From Octopus vulgaris (lineage: Eukaryota): a DNA stretch of 64,000 nucleotides. Under the pieces are notes generated by a model, which saw nothing but the letters and a program-made list of their open reading frames with translations, was not told the DNA's origin and searched no databases. The stretch spans positions 81,902,001 through 81,966,000 of the forward strand of contig OX597821.1 of assembly GCA_951406725.2 (NCBI GenBank), written 5' to 3'. The position numbers and the translations under genes are program-made. Positions 25,752 to 39,315 of the stretch are shown here, in pieces (position 1 is the first letter of the stretch; each line of letters opens with the position of its first letter).

Positions 25752-26575
25752 GCGAGTGTTCCAAAAGTCACTGATGGATTTCAATTTTTAATAACTTTCT
25801 TAACTTTTCAAATAAATGCAGGAAATTTTGATACAATATAAAGGACATAATGGAAATTAATATTCACAAGTCAAATTTTGCAACACCATTACATCACATA
25901 TGAAAAAGGACATCATTTAAATGGCAGCCACTTTCAGTTTTGCATGCCTGTGCTCCTTCCAAAACTTGCAAAATAACACCCTTAAGCGTTTCAGACCCCA
26001 CTTCTCTCATTTCTCTATTGATGTTCCCCTTTAGTTGCACCAGGCTCTCCAGTTCATTGACATAAACCCTCTCATTCAGGTATCCATGATTGAGACCTTT
26101 TTGCTCCTGGCCATGGTTCCAGCAAGATGGGGCAACTGCTTCTACCACAAGAGAAACAATGCAGTTGCTTCGGCAGTGCTTTGGAGAGAGAATTATCTCC
26201 CTCTACAGCAATGTCAACTGACCTTCACATTCCCAAGACTTGACTAGACCAGATTTTTTCTTGTAGGAATACCTGAAAGAGGGTGTTTACATCAAGAAAC
26301 TGGAGACTCTGGTACAACTGAAGGAGAACATCAATAGAGAAATCAAAGAAGTTGGGTCTGAAACCCTTGAGGGTGTTATGGTGCAAGTTTTGGGAAGAGC
26401 ACGGGTGTGCGAAGCCGAAAATGACAGTCATTTTTCATATGTGATGTAGTGGTGTTGCAAAATTTGACTTGTGAATATTAATTTCCATTATGTCCTTTAT
26501 ATTGTATCAAAGTTTCAGGCATTCATTTGTAAAGTTAAGGAAGTTATTAAAAATTGAAACCCATGTTACCCTGTA
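25752..26575. mobile_element. Tc1/mariner-superfamily derivative with about 310-bp inverted arms made of transposase 3' ends
   Basis: Plus strand has WFQQDGATA (about 26114) and DLTRPDFFL*EYLKEGVY; minus strand ORF 25894-26148 has GYLNERVY. Arms at about 25770-26085 and 26265-26570 are imperfect reverse complements. Confidence 0.8.
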
Positions 26576-26815
26576 TATCAAATTTATAATTAAGGGCATA
26601 GAAAATCGTCCAACCACTTTAAATCATCACAAAATTACACATGTGCTCTAATTTTGTGATGATTTAAAGTAGTTGGATGATTTAGCATCTCTTTTCAGCA
26701 TATAGGCTAGATTTTTTTCTATGCCCTTAATTACAATTATAGATATGATTTTACCTTAATAGGTCTATTTTCATATGCTGGCTACTGATATTATTATTAT
26801 TATTATTATTATTAT

Positions 26816-26848
<33 letters not shown>

Positions 26849-27665
26849 GTCAGTGGATCATATATCTGAAAAAGTAGAGCAGTAAGGTAATATAATATTG
26901 TTTTGTTTACAAATTAACTGACCATAATGGTTTTCTACCTCCAGTTTGAAGAGAAGTTATATGCCTATGCCCATCAGAGTCAGGCGAGTCATCTATAAAG
27001 CTTGTTGCTTTATGGGTGTGAATCCATTGGTCAGTCCATGACCAGATATATATATATATCTAACTTCATGTAAATACACACACACACACACAAAGGGCTT
27101 TCTAAGGATGCCAAAATGATGACACTAGTTGAACTTAATAAATTTTGATTCTATTGTCCAGTCTTGTAACCAGCTGTGCACCACACCTTACTGGAATTAT
27201 CATAATTTAATGTCTATTTTTGATGCTGGTATGGGTTAGATGCTTCAAGTCAAAAGACAGCACCAGGCTCCAATGTCTGCTTTAGTATGGTTTCTACAGC
27301 TCAATGCCATTTCTAACGCCAAGCACTTTACAGAATGTACTGGGTTCTTTTTACATGGCACCAGCTCTAGCAAGGTCATCAAATAACTCGCAAGATGAGG
27401 CCCATTCAACTAAGTATTGGAGGAGATGACTTTATAACTGGGTAATGAAAAATTAAAGTATGATAGAGGGACAGAAACAGGTTTCTTTTTGTAGGAGAGA
27501 AATATGGTTACCCCAACTGGAAAAGATTTCCAATGACCATAAAAGTTAACTGAAATTAAAACCTCAAAATAGAAGAGAAGAAAAATGTTGGGTTAAGTTC
27601 TGTTTCATAATATACATACATATACATATACATATACATATATATATATATACATGTACATGTAC

Positions 27666-27703
<38 letters not shown>

Positions 27704-28251
27704 GTTCCTTATCTTCAGAAAGATATGCAATACTTGTTGTCTGGAAGATTTTCCGATAGCCTGATGTGTTGCATCACACTTGCATGTGTGTTTCACAGTT
27801 ATCTCTAAGTTCATTCACCCATTGAATCAGCAGGCCACTACATCTGTTTATCTCACATCCTAAATAGTATTTTTGTGTTACCCAGCTTCCAGAGGTTTGT
27901 GTTAATCTGTGTTCAAAAGAGCAACAGTTTATAGAGTGTGAGATCGTTGTGTGTGTGTTTTGGAAGAGGGGAAGACGACATCATTAAGACATGGGGACTA
28001 TTTGTTTGTCAAAGTCATTGTCCACTTTAATTGTTGTAGGATCTCACAACCAATACGTTGTGTCTCTCATCACAACATGTTCGATGGTCAGCATCTTATA
28101 GAATTGGTTGTTTAGCATCAGGCTTAATTCAACTGTGCAGCATTTTGGATAAACAATTGACCCATGCTAACATGGAACATGGAGGTTATATGATGATGTT
28201 GATGATGCTGATGATGACAATGATGATGATGACGACGACGACGACGACGAC

Positions 28252-28282
<31 letters not shown>

Positions 28283-29509
28283 AAGTGGAGGAGGAGGGGG
28301 AGAAGAGGAGGCTGAAGGGAGGAGGAGGAGGAGAGGAGGCAGAAGGGAAGAGGAGGAGAGGAGGGGATGAGGAGAAGGAAGAAGAGGAGAAGGAGGACAA
28401 AGAGGAGGAAGAGGGGAGAAGGTGGAGAAGGAAGAGAAGGAAAGGAGAAGGAGGAAGAGGAAGAAGGTGGAGGAAGAAAGTGGAGGAGAGGAGGATGATG
28501 ACAATGAAGATGGTGATGATGATTATGATAATGAAGATGAAGGAGGATGATGATGATGATGATGACTTGTACTATAAGCCACAGGTCAACCGAAACACAG
28601 GGAGCGAAATTTAGTTGAAGGGAACTTTGTTGGAAAGACTGTTCCTGATCTCGAGATTTAGACATAATCTGCTTTAATACCACCATCTGGGCCCTGGATA
28701 CTTTCAGTGGAGAAGGTTTCCAGTCATCCTTCATTTGGTGTTTACCTACTTCAGAGGTTTGTGTTGATGTATGTTGTTCAATAGAGCAACAGTTTATTGT
28801 GTGTGTGTGTGTGTGTGGGTGTGTGATGACACCATTAAAACAAACTACTTGTTTGCTGAAGTCGTGTGTTGCATCAAATTGCTTGATGACTGCATTTACC
28901 CCTATCATATTACATTGACATATATCATCACACTTCTGTCACAAGAGAGAGAGAGAGAAAGCCTTTATGTGGTCACTGAAATTACTAGAAATAGCAGGGC
29001 AAAAACGTCTTTAACTCAAAAAAAAAAAAAAGGGAGGAAAATACATTAGGTAATGTAGTCTAGATACTTTGGAGGCCTTGAAAGGGGTTATGAGTAGGAC
29101 CATCTTAAGACATAAGTACACTGGGCCACTGCTAAGGGGCTTTATGAGTCTAGGAGTTCAATTCTGATCTATATATGTTGTGGCTTGTTACCAATAAACA
29201 AATACTACAGGTCCCAGTGTATTCATTTGCTCGGCCCCTATAGTGCTGCTAAGGCAACTCTGGTTATGAGCACTTCCTCCTCTGACTAAATCTTGTTTCA
29301 GTCATTAGACCGTGGCCATGCTGGGGCACCACCTTGAGGAATTTTTTAGTCAAAGGAATTGATGCCAGAACTTTATTTTAAGCCTGATACTTATTCTGTT
29401 GGTCTCTTTTGCTGAACTGCTAAGTTATGGTTATGAAAACACACCAATACCAGTTGTCAAGTGGTGGTGGGATACAACCACAGAAGACACACACACACAC
29501 ACACTTTCT

Positions 29510-29905
29510 TTTATTCTTTCACCTACCTGTTTCAGTCATTTGACTGCGGCCATACTGGAGCAACACTTTTAGTCGAATAAATTGACCTCCAGGACTTATT
29601 CTTTGTAAGCCTAGTACTTATTCTATTGGTCTCTTTTGCCAAACTGCTAAGTGGGGATGTGAACACACCAGCATCGGTTGTTAAGTGATGGTGGTCGGGG
29701 GGACAAACACAAGTACACAAATACATACATACATTATATATATATATGCTGGACGCCTTTCAGTTTCTGTCCACCAAATCTACTCACCAGGCTTTAGTTG
29801 GCCCAAGGCTATAGTAGAAGACACTTGCCCAAGGTGCCATACAGTGGGACTGAACTCGGAACTATGTGGTCGGGAAGCAAGCTTTTTACCCACCAGCCAT
29901 GCTGT
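29510..29905 (-). mobile_element. SINE family A, near full length (a partial copy precedes it at about 29290-29500)
   Basis: Matches 46045-46462. Confidence 0.85.
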
Positions 29906-30331
29906 GTAATGTGAGAAAATGTCATGTAAAAAAATAAAAAAATGAAAAGAAAAGTGTTCTCCTCCTTAAATCATGAAATCTTTGAAATTCACATTATATG
30001 TTCTCATCACTCTTGGGTCAACATACTCACTCAGTTCAATTTCGTGCACGACTACATGCTATGGACTACAAACAGCTCATGTTTCTCAACGATACAACAC
30101 TAGGCTCACGCTAAGTGAATCATGTATATTCACAGTCATGTTGTGTCCTCTGTCTTTATCGGTCATGCTTCACTGCTATACAACACCACACACGTGATGT
30201 ACTTCATACGTCCTCTTCACTTACTGCAAATCTTTTCTCATCCTTGTCTTTACTTCATGTCAATGCACTGCCATACTACTCATGTGCAAACCATATTAAC
30301 CGTGTACTCTGTATATGTTGAGTGTGTGTGC

Positions 30332-30384
<53 letters not shown>

Positions 30385-30387
<3 letters not shown>

Positions 30388-31633
30388 AGTCATCTCATAA
30401 ATAATGCATTTTTTTATACTTTCTTTATTTTCCAAAATTAAGATAAACAAAGTTCTTTTTTAATCTAAAATATACTCTCCTTCACTTTCTACAATGCTCT
30501 TCCATTCTATCTGGTAGACTTTCAAGGCTCCTCTTCCAATATTCACTTGTCTAGGATGAAAAATACTCCTCCAGTACTCTTCTGATCTTGTCTACAGAAT
30601 TCATATTTTTTCTGTCCAAATGATTTTGAAGACTGCGGAATAAATGATAATCGGATGGGGCAATGTCTGGTGAATATGGTGGGTGGGGTATCGTTTCCCA
30701 TTCAAACTGCTTCAGCCTTGTTGTATGTGGCCAAGCATTATCCTCATGGAAGAACACCTTTTGTCTTGAAACCAAAGATGGTTGTTTTTCTTCTAGCGCT
30801 GACTTGAGTTGCTCAAGCTGCTCACAGTAGATCTCCTTTCTTATTGTTTTGGTTTGGGTTTAAAAGTTCGAAGTGGACTCAACCTTTCATATCCCACCAA
30901 ACAGATAACAACACCATACGTAGGTAAGACCTCCTTTAGCCTGGGGTGCTGCTGTTTTTTCTTTCCTGTACCCACTGTCTTCGGTGCTTGACATTTTTAT
31001 AGAGAACCCATTTCTTGTCACCAGTCAGTATTTGGTCCAAAGATGGTCAATTCGTGAGATGTGACAGCAAAGAAGAGCACACATTCATTCTCTGTTTGAG
31101 AGGAACTCATTGACCCAATTTGCTTACTTTTCTGATGGTATGCAGGTGTTGATGAATGGTTGAACGACCAAATCCAAGCTTCTCTGCTAATTTCTCAACA
31201 GTTACAATAGGATTCTGTTCCACCCGGGTTTGCAGAACATCCTCATCGAGCTGTACAGATCTTCCAGGACAAGACTCATCTTCTGGGCTGTAGTTTCCAG
31301 CTTGGAATTTCTGGAACCACTGTTGACACTAGCTTACGCTTATTGTCTGATCCCCATAAACTGCATTAATATTCCTTGCATTTTCCATTGCATTCTTGCC
31401 TTTATGGAATTATAAAGCAAAATATGCCGAATATGTTCATTTGTCACTTCCATTATAGCTTTGGAAAAAGAACTGTTAAAATCGAACTGCACTCTTCCAA
31501 ATTTGCTCTAAAGATTAAATGCAAAGTAAAATTACTACCTGCTTTTATAATAAGTTGATTCAAGTAGTTTATCCCATCCCTCTCCAACTTTTAGTTCATT
31601 CAATTGAAAAAATCGCATTACTTATGGGTTGAC

Positions 31634-31637
<4 letters not shown>
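30385..31637 (-). mobile_element. near full-length decayed mariner transposon (1253 bp), TA-flanked
   Basis: TIRs TTGAGTCATCTCATAAATAATGC vs TTAGGTCAACCCATAAGTAATGC. Minus-strand transposase from ATG 31453: MEVTNEHIRHILLY, KLGQ*VP, LTGDKKWVLY, HEDNAWPH, HPPYSPDIAPSDYHLF, with stops and frameshifts. Confidence 0.92.
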
Positions 31638-31679
<42 letters not shown>

Positions 31680-31903
31680 TTACATATATATACATACTAC
31701 ACTCTAGGAGTGGTTGACATTAGGAAGGGCATCCAGCTGTAGAAACTCTGCCAGATAAGATTGGAGCCTGGTGCAGCCATCTGGTTCGCCAGTCCTCAGT
31801 CAAATTGTCCAACCCATACTAGCATGGAAAGCAGACGTTAAACGATTATGATGATGATGTATAGATATATACACACACATACACATACACGCACATGTAT
31901 GTA

Positions 31904-31940
<37 letters not shown>

Positions 31941-32439
31941 ATATATATACATACATATATATATATTTATATATATGAAGAAAAGAAAGAGAGAAAGAGA
32001 GGTAGACAGGCAAATATAGGCAGAATGTGTTTTTAATTACCAGCAAAGACAAAGATACTAGTTAGACATAACATTGTCGTGGGTTAGAATGTCCTTTCTC
32101 CTGTATTATTTTACTTACACAGGAAACAAAAGATATCTCTTGAAACCAAGGAACCAGAACCACAGTCCATAGTAGTTAGATTAAAGCTGTTTACACTCAT
32201 AACAAGACCCTTCTACATATCCTGTCCTCTTCTATAACCTAATTTGGCAACATATTTATGTCAAGACTTCCGTTTCTGTCGCTGAACATAGACACCTGGA
32301 GCACAACAAGACTGTAATTATCCTTTCATATAATAGAAGTGACCATTATTCAGATGTTAAAGAATTGTCATTGTCTATTTATTTGGTTTCATAGTGAATG
32401 GAATAAATTAGATTCTACTTATTTGTAGGCCAAAAGCAT

Positions 32440-32800
32440 CGGGTATGGTACTGAGAATTCAGTGACCTGATATGTGACTTGGTTTAATTTTTCCCATTCA
32501 GTTCTGTTTGTTATTGATCTCAGAAGGTGAGATACAGAGGGATTGTGAGTTACAACATATTTGGCATCATAGGGGTCAGTAGGCTGAAGAACATCTAGTT
32601 GGTTGTGAAGGCAGCAGAAGTTATCTGAAGGTGGTGGTGAACTAGGAGGTGTGAGCTCCAGAAGGGGCAGGGCTACCAGTGATAATGCTAACTATACACA
32701 AGCTGGGGCTTGATCAATTCCAGTTGGGTCACCTGGGGAGGGTGGGATTATGATGTTGAAAGACCCAAAGCATTTAATCACTGGTGATGTGTCCAGGTGC
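32440..32800 (+). mobile_element. HERO-like RLE LINE 3' fragment, degenerate
   Basis: One frame reads KVRYRGIV...IGVSRLKNI*LVVKAAEVI*RWW*TRR (compare EVGCRGF...AAE.ASRWLW), followed by UTR GGGTCACCTGGGGAGGGT...GATGTTGAAAGACCC...ATCACTGGTGATGTGTCC. Assignment is from recall. Confidence 0.55.
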
Positions 32801-33234
32801 AATTCAGAATGATGTATGGAAAGACATCAGTTCTGACCTTGAGAAATGCATTAAGACCACATCTTTTCAAACTTTCCTGATAATTTCAGACTTCATGTCA
32901 ATCAAAATTTTATAATAGAAAGAAAGACAAAAAAAATAAAATGATGTTAACCCTTTAGCATTTGAACAAGCCATATCTGACCTACATAGTCTAACCGTTT
33001 TACGCTCAAAATGGCCAGATCCTTCCCTCTCATACCCATCCTACAATGTCATTTTAGACTATAAACAGTCACATCATTGAAATTATTATTATACCTTAGT
33101 GGTATATGAGCTCAGGAGGTAAAGCAGGAAATAACAACAACAACAACAACAATAATATATTGCTGCCAACTGAGTACATCCGATGGAGTTTGGTATTGTT
33201 GTTATTCTTCTTCTTCTTATTATTATTATCATCA

Positions 33235-33299
<65 letters not shown>

Positions 33300-33853
33300 G
33301 AGTGAGAGAGCAGTTCATGCCATCAAAGTGACACTGGGGTAAAATATACGAAGCCCAATATACCCATCATGACTACCCGTCTGATAAGGGTACACCAGGC
33401 ACATGCATCACAACCATATGTGCGCAACATGGTGATCTCATATCAAGATAAACAGCACATGACCTTGCAGGTGGGACCCAGTTAGAATTTTCTTCAGGTT
33501 GAGTAGCCCATCCCGCTCAAAAGGTCCCTGAATAAGGGTTGTTTAAGGATGTTGAAAGAACTACCCATGTTTCCAGAGATGAATTATTCAAACCCCAAAG
33601 AATCCCTCTCAACACATGGCTATGATGCTCCCCCACTACTTCTGCTCGTGATCAGAGATGCACATATCGTCAGCCACTAAGGGACATGCTCAACTGGTTA
33701 AGGTCAAACAACTGACCAAGCAAATCTGTGGTATTGAGCAGAATATTTGCTGTAGCCCATCTTTTATACCAAGACAAAACAATGTACATGATAACACTTC
33801 CAATCAGTTAAGATCAGAAGCCATGAGAGCCACTGCCTGGTACTGCATCAGGG

Positions 33854-33855
<2 letters not shown>
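33300..33855. mobile_element. about 556-bp non-coding insertion flanked on both sides by (TTA)n
   Basis: Sharp borders with (TTA)n at 33238-33299 and from 33856; no TIR seen. Confidence 0.55.
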
Positions 33856-33890
<35 letters not shown>

Positions 33891-34299
33891 AATAATAATA
33901 ATATCACACTGGATGATGATATATATTATACACACTGGAGTCTCTTCACCAATTCTGCACACAGACATTGTCAAAAACAAGAAAAATCATTATTTCTAGG
34001 CTTTAACTGTTCTCTCCAGAAACTTACTGAAAAGTAAAAAGCTTACAAACTGAACAGAACAAATGTTTCTTTCGGGCTTCCTTCTTACTTAACTTTTATA
34101 TATTTTGTATCTTGCTATTTTTATGCTTCAAACAATAAAAAATACTACTGAGTCACATCTACAGAAGTAAAAATAGACTGTAAATTTCATTTTAGGAAAG
34201 AAATCACCTTTATTGAATAAATTTGATCTAAAGTAATACCCACAAGGTAATAGATAGATATGTAAATAGCTATATTGGTAGATAAGTAAATATATAGAA

Positions 34300-35170
34300 A
34301 GAGATGACCTCAGGTTTCAGTTATGCTACCCACACCATTTCTTTTGTGTTCTAATGACTTTCCCCACAGATAATTTTAACCACATATCCTTCTATCAGAT
34401 GATACCCCAACTCCACTTCATTCTAATTTAGCAGTCTGTATACAGGCATTATCTGCACCTTTGACATCTCAAGTCAGCTTTATAAAGTTTTCATAAGCAA
34501 AGCATTTGAAAAGACTCTGCAGTAACACAAAAACATAATCACATATCAAGCTAACAATCATATAACATTACGCCTTCATTCATTATGAACGGCCCACATG
34601 GAAACCTTTCAAACTCGTAACAAATGCCTGGACTCTTAATCTCTGAATGACTATTGTAGTGACTACATGTTTGTGGTTATAAACTTTGCCAAAATTTCTT
34701 CCTAAGGCTAGGCTTCAGGCTTCTTTTTCAGGAGTCACAAAAAACAAAATACTTCAGCTCTGAACAAAGCATATATGCAACCCACGTTAATATACTACTT
34801 ACATACATAGGGTAATGTTCCCCTGCAAATGCTATCCAGGTAACTATCACAGACTCTCTCATTCTCCAACTCACTACAACTACAACTACAATATGATGGA
34901 AATACCGTTTCCTTTCCCTGCTTCATTTGCTGCAATTGTAATGGTTACTGTTCCTCAGAACTAGCAAACTGTTGACAACTTCTGCCTGAGCACATATTGT
35001 ATCTGCCCATCCTACACTTATCATCCTAACTATATCTTATCTCCATAAAGCCTACACTAAATATTTCACCTAATCACTCCTCTCCACTACTGTAACATAC
35101 TGAAACCTTCTCTCCCTGGTTGTGTTTTCCCTGTAGATATAACATCAATTGCATTAGCTTCTTGAATAAC
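34300..35170 (+). mobile_element. very old CR1/Jockey-type LINE remnant
   Basis: Remnant motifs NGYCSSELA (about 34940) and LPGCVFP (about 35112); 5' boundary uncertain. Confidence 0.4.
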
Positions 35171-35628
35171 GTGGATGCAATGCCTCTTTTCTTATCAATA
35201 AATGACAAGGATTTCTAATAGAAGAACAAAGTCACATATTTGCAGGAGGGGTACAGTCACTTAAATCAGCTGTCTTAGTGGGTGGTTACTTTCTGACCAC
35301 AGAAGGAAGGAAGGAAATGTCTCCACAATGGGATTTGAACTGTGAACATAGAATTACACAGCTAAATCCCATTAAGCATTTTGTCCAATGCTCTGCTGAT
35401 TCCACCACTCCACCATTCTTCTGATGAAATATCAATAAAAAGTTATTGCTTCTTATGTATTTAAAGTGGATGTAGACATGGATACAAAGGTTAACAGTTC
35501 CCAACACACATATAAAGTAAAAGTGGAATATTGGAACATAGCGTAGGCATTAAGCCTTGTCTCATGAATACCACATGATCTATTCCCCTTCATCATGGAA
35601 GGAAAATAAGATCATGTGGCATTCATAC

Positions 35629-35693
35629 CATTCTCAAAGACATTAATAAGATTAAAACAGTATAGTCATGGTGTTTGCACCCTGGGAAGATAT
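35629..35693 (-). CDS. speculative exon 4 of an unknown minus-strand gene
   Basis: Acceptor TTATATTTCAATAG, donor GTATGA; 65 nt, open only with phase-1 entry (IFPGCKHHDYTVLILLMSLRM). Confidence 0.12.
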
Positions 35694-36299
35694 CTATTGA
35701 AATATAAATAACCAAATATCTCAAAACAGAGATTATCCTATGAAAGTTAATTAGTGGGGGTGGCCACCATGTACGTATGATAAATGATAAAATAATTAAA
35801 GGAATGAAAGAAAGCAACCAAAGCTCAGAATGAAATTTACAAAACTATTTCAAGTCTCAAAAAAATGTATCTAATAATACTAAAAAATTCAGTCCATTAG
35901 ACTAAAAATATATTGTTTTATCTGATTGAAGAAAATATTTTCAGATAAAGCAGGAATTTCTAGAAAAGTTTATTGCTTTAATCTATTCCAGCCACCATAA
36001 AGTGTCTAGAACTTGATGATATTCCTTCTTTGATGATACAACATAAAAAATGGAAAAAAAAAATTAAATAAAAGAAAAAGGATTGGTTTCTGTATCATTC
36101 CTGTGCAGCGATAGTGGTTGCATGAAGGGATGGAGGAATTTATACCTCATCAGAAATCACAGTGAAGATTATTATTATAGCCATTATGCTTGTATACAGA
36201 GTAAATCTTCCAGTAAGTTGAATTATTAATTTATCTGAAGCCATATCACTTGCAGAACTCTTCAAAAGGAATAAACATGGCAACTAATAAATAACTTTT

Positions 36300-36720
36300 G
36301 TACTTTCAATCCATCTGTCCATTCATTATTCCTGAGAGGGTCATGGGATTAGATCCCTCAGTCACATTCTTGACCAGTGTCCTGTCAGAAGCAACCATCA
36401 CTACACCTTCCTGCTGGATTCCCAGGTATGACCAATTGACACTATGGATGTTATCTAAACATCTCATTCTTGGTCTACCCCTAGATCTCTTGTTGGTTGG
36501 CACAACTTGAAGAATCTGTTATGTGATTCCTTCCTGCAGTATTCTAACCACACAATGCATAGAAGTAATGGCTCAACCTGTAGAGACTCTCTGATCTCTG
36601 AACTATGCACCCAGTTAAGTAACATTGTTCTGGAGACATATTTTGGAGGAATACCATTCTGAAATCTGTCTCTACATCACCATCCATTATCAACAAACAT
36701 GATGCACATTCATGCATAAC
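36300..36720 (-). mobile_element. old RTE LINE 3' fragment
   Basis: ORF 36306-36503 contains KRSRGRPRMRCLDNI. Confidence 0.65.
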
Positions 36721-37612
36721 CAGAACATTGGTAGTGACACTAGGCCCAGAACTGATACACCAACCACCTGTAGTGAATCAAGACACTTGGACACACTGAC
36801 CAAGTCTATCTCAACTACTGTCTCCCTTTATACAGGAGCAGATTGAGTGACAATATAAAAGTGGCAATATTGTTGTATTTGTTGAGGTGCTGGACTGTTG
36901 ATTATGCTATCATAAGTTCAGACCTTACAACTGTCATAGTGTTGTGCTCCTGAAAGGACATATGCAATGGCTTATTTTAGTTTGCTTGATTGACTAATTC
37001 TAAAATAGGGTCCTCACCTATTTCACGAAGGCACTCGACTCAGTGGGTAGAGTGTTGGGCTCACAATCATGAGGTAGTGTGTTGTGTTCTTGAGCAAGAC
37101 ACTTTATTTCATGTTGCCCCAGTTCACTCAGCTGTAGAAATGAGTTGTGATGTCACTGGTGCCAAGCTGTATCGGCCTCTTTGCCTTTCCCTTGGATAAC
37201 ATCGGCGGTATGGAGAGGGGAAGCTGGTATGTACGGGTGACTTGCCCAGACTTGTGCCTCAGAAGAAAACTTTATAGGTGCAATTCCATGTCCGTTTATG
37301 ACCAAAGGGAGTCTTTGCCCTTTACTTTTAGTTCATGACCAAGCAATTAGAAACAAATAGAAAAACGATTGCTCCAAGAATATACCACGAAGGAGCTTCT
37401 GCATGGTCACTCAGCTAGATAGAAATAGCAGTAAAATCTCTTTCAAACCAAACTGTGCTGCCTTTTAGTTTGTTGTCTCAATCCCCAGACCCCTATGCCT
37501 ATACTGGCTTATATAGGAGAACCAAAATGCCCCCCCCCCTAAAAGTGTCTCCTTAGGTAAACTTCCCCCTCCTCCCTCATCTATGCTACTATTTAGAAAA
37601 CACCATATTTAC

Positions 37613-37692
37613 GTCCCACCCATGTAAGGACAGGAAAATTCACATCAGCTCTAGGACTAATTGTTGCATGGCTGAGTAAACTGCAGTTCATC
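37613..37692 (-). CDS. speculative exon 3 of an unknown minus-strand gene
   Basis: Strong acceptor TTTTTGCTTTTCTGACAG; open only with phase-2 entry (MNCSLLSHATISPRADVNFPVLTW); donor GTGGGA (exon end 37620) or GTAAAT (exon end 37613). Confidence 0.2.
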
Positions 37693-38714
37693 CTGTCAGA
37701 AAAGCAAAAACTGAAAGTAAATCCTATACATTTTATAGGCTATCTTTGTTCAAGCACAGTTGTATATATGTGTGTATGGAGGGCGAAGGAGGGAGGGATA
37801 AATTCATCAGCAATCTTTAAGAGTTAAAGTGTAATAAATATTATAGATATAATATTGCTTTATTACAAGTTAAATTTCAAACATATAAATTGACTAACTT
37901 TAAATATTTAATACAAAATATTATATGAAATTATTTTGAATTGGTTATAGGAATAAAATGTGTACGAGTTAAATTAGGATGAAACACCACACACAAAAAA
38001 AAAACCGCAATTTTTCACAGCTAGAGAGCTGGTTCAAGGGAGATAATTCTAATTTAAAAAGATATCTTTTGATATCTGCCTCACGTTTTAGAGTGCTCGT
38101 GATCTTCCATTAAAGGTTATAACATGTTTATTAAAAGACTATAACAACAATGTAAATGTGCTGAACTAGCAATATGAATATCATTAATATTATTAAAAAA
38201 AAGTGCAGGGGAAAATTATTGATTAGTTTCATAAACATATTTGAAGACATTTTTTCCCCAAAGGAAACAGGTGATCCATGTTATGGGTTTATTGTATGAT
38301 GAAACTTTGAATGCTGACGACAAAGTGGCTAATTGATTAGTAATGTTTGTGGAGACTATTAGTGTTCATGATGCTTCACCAATACCAGCTCAGTTTAAAA
38401 ACTGGTGATGTCATCTGTAGCCCTGTCTGGTTGCTAATCTTTTTTATGAATAGCTTTGCAACTCACTTTTGTCAACACCTGTACCTTTTTTTTTTCAGAC
38501 AATATAATTAATTACGACTAAGATGATGGGCTAGATGAATCATTACCATGCCAGGTAAAACGTTTGATGATATTTCATCCCTCTTTACAGTCCGAGTTCA
38601 AATTACGCTCAGGTCAACTTTGCCTTTCAGCTGCCCCTATTAGCTCACACACTTGCTATTCCACTTTCTAAGATAGCACAGTTCAGTTTTAAAGAGATTT
38701 GACTGCTATTTCTA

Positions 38715-39269
38715 CCAAAGTGAATGTCTTTCATTGACCTCCAGGAAGCTGTTCAGTGACATGCAACCAAGCGAATACCCTCCATCAAGCATCTGCCATA
38801 CTCTGAATGCCTTACTTCCTTGGGCATAGCTACATTGAGGCTCTGATGTCTGGCAACTGACTTGATAAACACCCACAAAATTATTAACCATCATGCAAAC
38901 AACCACCTTGAGCACCTTTTTGAGCTCCATGTGTCTAACACATGTGGGCATGCATACAAAGTCTGAAAACAGCACAGCTCCCATGACTTTCAGAAACATT
39001 TTTTCACACTCAGAGTTGCTGAAGCATGGAAAAAACTCTACCTGCATCAGTTGTTAGTTGCCCAGACATTGCATCCTTTAAAACCTCCATGCTTCCTGAA
39101 ATTTGCCAACACTACACCTGATATCCACCCCCACCTCCATATGCATGCACACATGTATATCATGACTCGTACACTGTTTACTTTCCTGACTTTTGTACAT
39201 ATTTCTGTGTACTGTACATCCGGATACCTTTGATGAGTGTAGTGCACCTGAGCACTATACACAATAATG

Positions 39270-39270
<1 letters not shown>
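38715..39270 (+). mobile_element. CR1-type LINE 3' end
   Basis: Collinear with 60440-61025, including the 3' UTR. Confidence 0.8.

Positions 39271-39315
<45 letters not shown>

Noticed and set aside
28186-28908. 240-aa minus-strand ORF
   Set aside because: Kept open largely by CA, CAT and CCT low-complexity tracts; the complex middle part has no recognisable motif.
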